From Protoeuglena noctilucae (Eukaryota): a stretch of 64,000 nucleotides of DNA. Where the stretch lies: contig OY253683.1 of assembly GCA_958009085.1 (NCBI GenBank), positions 806,001-870,000 of the forward strand. Reading direction: 5' to 3'. Made by a program: the position numbers and the translations under genes. Under the pieces are notes generated by a model. It saw only the letters and a program-made list of their open reading frames with translations. It was not told the origin of the DNA and did not search any database. Below, piece after piece: positions 50,601 to 60,365 of the stretch. Each line of letters begins with the position of its first letter. Positions within the stretch are counted from its first letter, which is position 1.

Positions 50601-52005
50601 TGGGGTGGGGAATTTGAATATGAGTGGGTGGGGGAGGGATAATGGGGGTGAGAGGGGGGTTGGGGTGTGGGGGTGGCGGTCGGGGGTGTGAGTGGGAGTT
50701 AGTGTAAGAGTAAGCATAAGCTTTCTCTTATCTTCCCCCACATCACTGCACATGATTCGCTATTACCCCCATGTTACCACCCCCGCCCTTACCACCACCC
50801 CACCACCCCCACCCCATCACCCCCTCCCCCCCCTTAATCACCCCCAGTCGAGATCGACCCCACCGAGCAGTCCTACAAGCGCCGCTGCGAGGTGGTGGTG
50901 CGCGAGTACTTCGACAGCGACGATGCCGCGGAGGTGGGGCGGTGTTTGGAGGAGATGAGCGACGTCAGCATGAGGCACCTGTTCGTGAAGAGGCTGCTCA
51001 CGGTCGCCATGGACCACAAGTGAGAGTGTGGATGATGTACTGCTTGTGATTTGTTGATGTGGATATGAGCAGAGATGGGGATGTTTGGCGAGGGTCATCG
51101 GCACTCGCCCACCCACCCCCCAGGCCCCGCGAGTGCGAGATGTCCTCTCGCCTCCTCGCCTCGCTCTACCCCGCCACCCTCCCCCAGGCGGCCATCATGG
51201 GGGGATTTGAAGCGGCGATCGACGCGGCGGAGGATCTATCGCTGGACTGTCCCGATGCCTCTCATCTGCTGGGGCTATTCCTGGCCAGGGCGGTTGTGGA
51301 CGACGTCCTGCCGCCCGCGTTTTTGCAGGCGAGGGGGTGGGGTGATGGGGGATGGTGGTGGGTGGTAGGGTGGTGGGGGTGGTGAGTGGGGAAGAGGGTG
51401 CATGACTGGCCGCGTTTTGGCAGGCGAGGGGATAAGGGTGGTGGGTGAGGGGTAATGGTAGAGGGTGCGTGACGGCCGGCGAGGGTGTGAGCAACCTGCA
51501 TATACCATCACTTACTCACTCACCCCCTCTCCCTCACCCTCACTCACTCACTCACTCCACCCACCACCCACCCTCACCCCCAGTCCGTGCTGCACATGCT
51601 CCCCCACATCATCACCCACCCTGTCCCTCTCATTTCAACTCACTCACCCCCACCCCCAGTCCGCGCTGCACATGCTATCCATCACTCAGTCACACCCTCA
51701 TTCCACATTCACTCCCTCACTCACTCCCCCACTCTCATCCACATCCACTCACTCACTCACCCACCCCTGTCCACCCCCAGTCCGTGCTCCACATGCTCCC
51801 CGACGGCTGCCTGGGCGTGGACATCGTGCATTCCGCGGCCGCCCTCCTCTCCCAGCGCAACGCCGCACTCAAACTGGAGAGCTGCTGGGTGGGGAGTGCA
51901 GTTGCGGATGGGGAGAGTGAGGGGGCGGCAGAGGGGGCGGGGGTGGGAGCGGGTGGGAATGGGAGGGGGGATGCGGGGGGGGATGGGACGGCTGTGGCTG
52001 CGTGA
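47666..52005 (+). CDS. PDCD4-like / MA3-domain translation regulatory factor (plant-type, four MA3 repeats)
   Basis: DRHSRMAKGSGTAKKGGGGGKFTWG..DDGDPNYDS; MA3 units VQEYFDAGEIAEV..HHFVKRAVVMSMDRHDREREMVSVLLSALY, LAKFIARAVVDEILPP, LDEYQTSLDVSEA..LRELAVPFFHHELV, VREYFDSDDAAEV..LFLARAVVDDVLPPAFL. Confidence 0.92.
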
Positions 52006-53858
52006 GGGGGGGGGAGAGGAGCAAGGGGGTGTGCGGGGGTGGGAGTGGGGGTGTGGGTGCGATGATGGTGCGGGTGGGAGTGCAGATGTGGACACAGCTG
52101 CATTGCGTTATGTTGTTGGGCTGTGGGCTGTTGGGTGCGGGAGCTGTTTGTGTCTCTGCAAACAGTTAACCATGCTGCCACGCGCCGCCCGCCTGCCCCG
52201 CGGCTTCGTGCTGTGCCATCGTCTTTCGTGCTGCAGCGCCGCGCCTCGCATTTGCCTCTAACAACCCGCGCCCCTAGCTGCGGCGATCCTGCTGGCTTCG
52301 GCGGGACTGGGATTTGAAAGAGGGGGGTCCTGAACGAAGAACACGGCTGGTCACTTTCCTGATACGGCGACTCTGACACAGGCATGTGACCAGCACAGCT
52401 GGGGAACGAGAACAGCTCAGCAGTTGGGATTCTCGACCCCCCTGCGTGTTCGCGGATGCTGCCAGTCACGTGTCGTGGCAAGAGAATCGAGTCTTGCTGA
52501 AGTTGATCGGCTTCACAGCATTTTGGTGCGAGTGTTGATATGTCACGGTCGCATATGATGCACGACGGCGCAGCTTTGAGGCTAGGCAAGCAGAGCTAGG
52601 CATGGGCATCTCGTCTAAACACTAGTACTAATTAGTCGACTACAGTGCTAGGACACATCGTGAAACGCAGCCATCACCTACGCATGGGCACACGCTAGCG
52701 GACGGAACGGAGGTGGCAATTGGGGTCGGTCGGGGCAAAAAACCCCAACCCACGCCGCGCCGGGGAAACAGAGGCCGGGCAGAAAGGGGGCGACATCAAA
52801 AGGGGGGGCGGGGGCGGGAACGGGGGACGGGGCGGGAGGCGCGACACGCGCGACACTGACGGCGCGGCTCAGAAAACGCCCCGCCCGCCCGTCGGAAAAC
52901 GCCCCGCCCGCCACAAAACGCCCCGTCGGGAGCGCCGGCCGCGAGCAAGGGATGCACGGGTTGTCTAAGCTAGGTGCAACGGGGAGGCTCGATGCATGTC
53001 TTGCATGGTGCGCTGTTGCAGGGTGCACGTGCGCGTGCGGGTGCTTTCGCAGCCGCAGGCGAGAGAGGGGGCAACGACGGCGCCGGGATGGGCCGCTGCG
53101 ACAAGGCGAGCCGGGCGATTGCGCGAGCACGGCGACGGGGTGAGCACAGCGCGGTCACAAAGCACGCTCGCACAGCACAATTGCAAAGCGCGATCGCAGA
53201 GCACGGTCCGGGAGTGCGGGTGGGCCGTGGGTGCGCCGGGCGAAAGGGCCAGGTGTCCCTCTCCCCCACAAACGAAGATGGGCTGCTCAGAAAGGCCCCC
53301 CAGCACCCCACCGATGCCGATGGGTGTCGTGGGGGCGTCGGCGGGCTTTGAGCCCCAAAAGCGCAAACCCGGAATCGCAAACCCGGGATCGCGAGCGCGA
53401 GAGGGCGAACCCGACAGGGCAGACGCGCCGCTCGCTGGGAGCGGCGTGCGTGCAGGTGCAGCCCTGGGCGCGACGAGGGTAGGCGGGGTCAAACCCAACC
53501 CACCCATAGGGCACCCGGGGAGCGCCCGAGAGGAGCGGCGGCGCGGGCGGCGCGAAACCGGGGCGGCGGCGGGTGGAAAAACGGGGCCCCGCGGGCGTCG
53601 ACATTGTGTGGGGTGCCCGCGCCGCCGCGCGCCGCTGCAATGCTAGGCAGAGGAATGCACAAAGGGTACAGGCGGGGCGGGTAGCGGTCTCCCTCCCCGC
53701 TGCGATGCGGCACGCCCGCGCGCAACTGCTCCTTGGGCCGGGCCGGGTGCAGGTGGCAGTGCTGGTGGCAGTGCGGGTGCGGGTGCGAGTGCGGGTGTTG
53801 GCGAGGCAACTGCACTCATCCCGTTGGGGCAGCGTGGTTGTAGTCAGACGGTTCGCGA

Positions 53859-55351
53859 TCAGCATAGGTGGAATTCCCCTTCCTTGCAGTCGATGACCGT
53901 GACGTCGCTGTGGACGATGCGGCTGCCGGCCTCGTTGGCGTAAAGGCCCCACTTGGCGCACCCCACGATGACGGTCCCAAGCACCGTGGCGCTGCGGGGG
54001 GAAGGGAGAGGCGGAAGTGGTGGTGAGAGGCATTGGGCGGGAGCGAGGGCGGTGGGGGGTGGGGGGGTGCAAGTGAGGCAGTGGGATGGGGAGGGAGAGA
54101 GACAAAGGTCGGCGGTTGCACGGTGTGAGCCCGGCAGTAGCACCCTTGCACAGCCGCGCCCACGCACTGCCACCCCCCTCACCGTGCGCCGAACTGGCAC
54201 AGCACGCCGCTGCGCTTGGCATCCCCGATGCGCCCGCCCCGCAGCACGAGCTCGCTGCCCTCGCGCAATGCGATCGCCCCGCAGCTCCTGGGAGATCGGA
54301 TGTCCACGCCGTCCGCCTCAGCCCGTGCCCCGCCCTCGCACACGATACCGTGCCGCCCCGCGTTCTCGATCACGCCGCCCCGGATCAAAGCCACGGCGCC
54401 CTCGCCCATTGCGCACACGGCGCTCTGCGGCGCGTCGCGCACCGCGCAGCTCCGCATCTCCAGCGCCCCGCCCGGGCTGACGTGAATGCCGGACCGGTGC
54501 ACCTCCACGTTCTCCAACACGAGCGAACCGCCTTCGACGACGCGCAGCGCGAAGCCGCCGCCGATCGCGATGTTCTCCGCGCGTATCACGCCGTTGCGCA
54601 TGAGCAGCCGCGTGGAGACGACCACCTCGTCCGGCAAAGGGACCACCTCGCCCCGCAAGTCGATTTCCTGGATAGATGCCGGGGCGACGGGCGGACGGGC
54701 GAGTGGAAGAGAAAAGGCGCCAGTCGGCTGCGGCGGCGGAGGCGGGGGCGGCGACGGTGGGCGCGCGCGGGAGCGGGTGTCAGCGTCGGCGAGCGGCGGC
54801 GGAGGGCTCACGTGGAGTCCTGCGAGCGTCTGCTGGGAAAAGGACGGCATGAGGAAGGGCGACGTCGCAGGCGTCAGCACGCGCCCCAGGTCGCGCGGGA
54901 GGGGCGGGTGCGGGTTGTGGGCGGCTTGCGCATGCACGGCTGCCAGCTGCATCTGGAGGTCCGCGACCTCCCCCTCCAGCTTGAGCACGCGGCGCGACAC
55001 CTCCGCCTGGAAGGCCGCGAACTTGAGCGCGAGATCATCGACGCGCGTGGGGGTTAGGGCGTTGCCAGGAGGCGCCTGCGGAGAAAGAAAGGGGGCGCGT
55101 CGGGGCGGGGGACCGATACTTTCCGCGCACAGGGCCCGGCGATGCAAAAGAAGTGCTCGCAGCGAGTCGGGCCATCGCGGGGCGCCGGGCCCCAGGGGCG
55201 TGGCGTGACAAGCTGGCGCGCCGGCGGTTCGGCCCGACGTCGGGCGCCACACCTCCGTGGGGGATCTCCTCGTCGCGTCCGGAGCAGGGAACGCGAGGCG
55301 CTGCACAATCTCCCTCTCCAGGCCAAGCACCAGCGGGTCGGACGAGGCCAT
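53859..55351 (-). CDS. Right-handed parallel beta-helix protein with N-terminal coiled coil
   Basis: Coiled coil (FQAEVSRRVLKLEGEVADLQMQL), a Pro-rich linker, then PbH1-like repeats: SLVLENVEVH, LEMRSCAVRDAPQSAV, IRGGVIENAGRHGIVC, LRGGRIGDAKRSGVLC, VLGTVIVGCAKWGLYA. Confidence 0.7.
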
Positions 55352-55481
55352 CCATGCCCCAAACGCCGCCGGTTGCGGCCCCCCCGTCGATCGATGTGTT
55401 TCAAAACTGGGGTCGCGGCGCGGCGCGGAGCGGAGCTTAGCCGCGCGAGAGCGAGATTCGGTAAAAACCTCCCGAGGGTTT

Positions 55482-58126
55482 TCAGCCCAGCTCGAGCGCC
55501 TGCGCCAGCAGATCATCGCTCCACCCCGCCGCCTCGACCGCCGAGAGCGCATCGGCCCTCGGGCGCTTCCGCGCGTCCAGTTGCGCCGATTGCAGCTGCA
55601 CGCCCTCCGAATCGACGTCCCTCAGAAAGTCCAGCGTCTCAACCCACGCCCAGGCCTCCCGCAGCGCCTTCGATCCCAGCGGCATCTCCGGGCTCCGAAA
55701 TCCCCTGCAGTCCGGGCGCTCATGTCATGGGCGGCACGTCAGAGAACAATTCAAAGCGTTGTTGCCACCCGGGCCATGGGGATGACAACGACTCACATTA
55801 TCCTCTCAGGCCTCACCTGCAGTCCGAGTCGTGGCATCGCTGCGACCATGTGCCCCTCCGCAGCGCCACGGCGTAGTAGACGCGGTTGCTGCGGTGGTGC
55901 CGCCCCACGTGGTGGCAGAAGCGGCCACCCTGGACGTCCAGGGTCAGCGTGGCGTGCGAGGCGTCCGCAGACAGCGACCATCCCGACACGGAGCACTGCG
56001 GGAGACGACAGTGGGCATGGGGATGGGCATGGTCTGGATTGTCAATGGCGCGTGGCAATCAGCGGGGGTCGGTGGTGGGGCGTGCAGAGGAGGGGCACGG
56101 ACACAAACGCCAGGGCAGATGCCCAGTGCAGTGCAGTGCAGACACGCGCCTGTGTCGGGAACCACTCCCTTACGAAGCCATGCACCATGCGACACGCCCA
56201 CCCACCACCGCCCCGCCGCAAGCCCCAGCTCTCACCGGCACGCCGTGCTGGCTGGCCACTTCGGACACGAACGCGTCCACTCGCGGGAACGGCGACGGGC
56301 CCACTCCCCGCGCCGCCACCTCCCCGCCCTCGCCCATCGCTATCGGAATGCCCACCCCATCCGCCCCCCGCGCCAACCCCCCGCACCCCGCACCCGCTGC
56401 CACCCGCCGCCCCGCCCCCTCCATTTCCAGCACCCGCAGCCGCGCGCCCGGCAGCGCCGCCTCCTCCACTGCGCTCGCCATCGTCGCCCGCAGCACCTCC
56501 AAGCACGGCCCCCGCCCCTCGCAGGGATCGAACCCTGAACCTGCCCCGTCCTTTTTTACCACCCACCGCTGCAGCCGCGCCCCCGCGTACCGCCCCGTGA
56601 CTCTCAGAACGGCGTCCTTTTTGAATTTGGAGCTCCCCGCCAGACGGAAGGTGCGGTTGCGTGTGTAGACGCCCATATCCACGAAACACGTCGTGGCACC
56701 GGCGTCCGCGCACACGGCGAGGTCGGGGGGGAAGGGCGCCCGACGAGGGTGAGGTGGCGGGGACGCGGAGGTGGTGGGTGCCGGTGTTGGTGCAGGTGTT
56801 GGTGTCGGTCGTTCGCACGACGGCGTGCTCGTCTCTGATGCCGGTGAAGCTCCTGGCTCCCCCACACCCGCACCTCTACTTCCTTCCTCCCCCACACCTT
56901 CGCCCCCACGCTCACTTGCCGCCCTTGCCAAGGCCGCTGCCGCCAGGGCCCCCACGTGCGCATTGTCACGGAACGCAGCGCCAGGCACGCGCACAATCAC
57001 ATGCCTCGAGAACTTGTCTGGGGTGCTGGAGTCGAGTTCGTACACACAACTGTCGGGAGGGACCTGGGGGGGAGGGCAGGGATGGGAGAGGATATATGAA
57101 AGGTTGGCCTCGCCTGCGCCACCCACAACATTGCCTGCCGACCCCATCGCCACCGCGCCCATCCCTCCTGCACCCACCGCAGCCCTCACCTGTACCCCAA
57201 ACCGCCTCTCCATCTCTTCCAGCATCAACCGCACCACCCTGCCAGTCATGGCGTCCCCGTCGCGACCCTCGTTAAACGCCCGCTTGTATTCCAGGTCCAG
57301 GTACAGGTGACAGGGTCGATTCTCGCGGATGACCTCGTAAAAGTGGCGGCGGCCGGGGGGGCGCGCCTGCATGCGGGAGAGGGCCGAGGCCAGGGCGCCC
57401 AGCATCACCCGGCGCTTGCCTGCAGGCGATGGGGTGTGGGGGGAGAGTGATGGAAGAGCAATGTGAGAGTGGTGGGGAGAGTGATGGTAGAGAAATGAAA
57501 GAGTGGTGGGTTCACAAACCATGGGCATGCACACGTATGGAATGCTCAGCTGCACCCTCGCCCGTCCCCCCCACCTCCTCCCCCAGACTCGCATCGATGT
57601 TGGATGTCAGACTTAGTTCAGTTGTGTTCTTGTGACATAGTTCGAATCCACAGCTGCACCCTCAGTCACCTGACTCCCCCACCTCCTCTGCCAGACACAT
57701 CTCGCTTTCCCGCTGGGCCTCTCCCCGCGCGTCCCACGCCTGAAACGCCAAGTGCTGCCGGGGGAAGATCGACACATTTCCACACGCCCGCTGCCCTTCT
57801 CGGCGCGCCTGCAGGTGCGGCGGACGGGGCAAAGCTGCGCCTGCTATCCCACTGCACTGCGCCGCTCCTGGCTGCGCCTGCAGTAGCCCTCGCACCTTCT
57901 TCAGCCGCTCCCGCGCCTCCACGGCAGTCACGTCATCCTGGAGGAGGAGCTTCCTGCACGATCCGGACCTGCGGGTGCGCGGGCGAGCGGAGAGCTAGCC
58001 GGGTCTCGTGAGTGCAGCGACCGTGCGTCCTCCCGAGGATTGATGGTATCCGGCGAGTCCTCACCCGTAGAAATCCAGCTCAGATATCTCTGCCGGTGAC
58101 GCCGGCTCGTCCATAGCCGCGACCAT
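55482..58126 (-). CDS. PRIMPOL: DNA-directed primase/polymerase PrimPol
   Basis: HFYEVIRENRPCHLYLDLEY (DxE), LDSSTPDKFSRHVI (SxH), FVDMGVYTRNRTFRLAGSSK, and the C-terminal Zn finger RFCHHVGRHHRSNRVYY..QRCHDSDCR. Confidence 0.95.
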
Positions 58127-58579
58127 CGAGCGTCGGCAGCGACCGGACTGGGTGCGCGTCAGCAGAACCCGGCGCCACGGCCTCGGAACGGCCGGAGCGT
58201 CATTGCTGTGTAAAGCAGCTTTTGACCGCAAGCAAATGGGCCTACGGCAGCGGTCTGTCGAGCTCCCCGCTTTAAACGCAGGACGAAGACAGACTCGGCT
58301 GGTTCTCAATTGGCGCAGTGGATGTGAAGAGCAGCGCAGGGGTGCAAGGAAGCTGTGAGTTACTTTTGCACGGCTGAACTTGAACGCGTCAGCCAACTGC
58401 CAGCCAACGCCAGCCTTAGGGCAAGCCTCCATAATCCAGGGATGCGCATTTCACGCTGAGATTCCCACTGACAAGAGAAGACATGAATAGTGATGGCTTT
58501 CAGTCCCCGTCCTATCGCTTAGCGTCGCCACTCGCTGCGAACGGATCTCCGCTGCAGACAGCGCTCCTCAGCGCGCCCG

Positions 58580-60164
58580 ATGCTCGCCGAACACGATGAA
58601 GCCGGCACGCGCTCCCACCAAAGCAACGAGAACCCGACCAGCACGTCTTCCCGCCCGACCATGTGAGGCTGCGCGCGCGCTCCCGTCGCTTCCGCTCCGC
58701 ACAGCGCTCGCCTGCACCCGCCGCGCTCCGCTCCCGCAGCGCGCTCGACGACTACGCCGTGACAGGCCCTCTTCGAGACGTCTACTACGTTCCCGACTAC
58801 CTCTCCTGCGCGGAGGAGTCCGCGCTGCTCGATGCGGTGCGAGCTTCGCACTCCTGGGTGGCGCTACGCAACCGTAGGCTGCAGAACGTGGGAGGGATGG
58901 TGACGGCGAGCGGCCTCGTGCCCGCGCCGCTCCCCGCCTGGGCGCGTCGCGTGGTCGAGCGGCTGTCGCGGGAGCTGCCGGGGCTGTATGGGTCGGGAGA
59001 TGCCAACCACGTGCTGGTGAACGAGTACATGCCGGGGCAGGGCATCCTGGTGAGTAGCTGTTAGGGGATTGTCTGCCAAAGAAGGGTATGCCAACGCACC
59101 TCAATGCAGTGTTGTCCTCCCAACCACACTTGGCACATCTCTCGCAACTCAGTCGTCATTGCCTCTTTGCACGCTCAACTTCGTAACACCCCATGCACTA
59201 TGCCCCTTTGCAGCCCCACGAGGACGGCCCCCTGTACTTCCCATCGGTGGCAATCGTCTCTTTGGGGAGCCCCGCGGTGCTGAGATTCTATCCGAAACCG
59301 AACGGGGACGATACGTTGGCGGGATTCGATCCGAGACCTGCTGCGGACGAGGCAGAGGGTGTGGGGGGCAGCGATGGTGAAAGAGTAGGTGCGGGTGGTG
59401 TGGGGGGTAGCGGTGTTGACAGTGGTGGTGGCAGAGTGGCTGCGGGGGGCAGTAGTGGCAACAGCAGCGGCGACAGAGCAGCTGCGGATGGGGCGGCGGG
59501 GATGTCAACGATGGCAATGGGTGGGGCTGAGAGACATAGTGCGGGGCCGGGGCCTGGCCGCGAGATGCACTGCGCTGTGTCGGTGTCACGGAGCGAGGAC
59601 GACGGTGGGCGCAGGAGTGGGTGCGTGACGCACAGCACGTTGCCGCAGCGTGTGCACGGCACGTCGCCCGTGCTGTCGGTCGTGCTGCAGCCTCGGAGCC
59701 TGTTGGTGTTCCGGGGCGCTGCGTATCGTGAGGCGTTGCATGGGATTGATGAGACGCATGTGGAGGTGCTGGATGAGACGGTGGCGAATGCGGGGGTGGC
59801 GGTGGGGGCGAGTGGGGGAGTGGGGGTGGGAGAGGGGTTGGCGAATGCGGGGGTGGCGGTGGGGGCGAGTGGGGGAGCGAATGCAGTGAGAGAGGGGGTG
59901 GTTGTGAGAGAGGGGGTGACGAGTGCAGGGGTGGTGGTGGGAGAGGGGGTGACGGTGTGTGGGAGTGGGGGACTGGTGACGGGAGAGGGGTCTGCGAATG
60001 CGGGAGAAGGGTCGCCGACATCCACAAAACAGGGGTCAACGATGATTAATGCGAATGCGGGGCCAGGGTTGGGATTGGCCAGGACGGGCGCTCGCGTGTC
60101 ACTGACGGTGCGTCGCGTGGAGAGGGTGGTGAGGGCGATACGGCTGGGAGGGAAGCGAGGGTAG
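58580..60164 (+). CDS. ALKBH6: AlkB-family 2OG-Fe(II) dioxygenase ALKBH6-like
   Basis: [91 protein letters not shown]. Confidence 0.92.
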
Positions 60165-60365
60165 TTCGGTTGTTGATTGAAGGCTACGTTTGTCGGCGTG
60201 TGTAGGTCTTGTTGCACTTGTTGCAATTGGTGGTGGGTTGCTTGAAATACGCACCCAGTGCCAGCGCTGTGCACGCCGTCGATCAGCTCTCTCAGTGCCC
60301 CCTCCCCTCTTCAAATGCCGATAACAACACACAGTACCAACAACAACACACATCGCCATCGATCA

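Noticed and set aside
52260..53850. Possible gene or mobile element between the MA3 and beta-helix genes
   Set aside because: The ORFs are low-information GC-rich frames with no motifs, TIRs or convincing splice structure.
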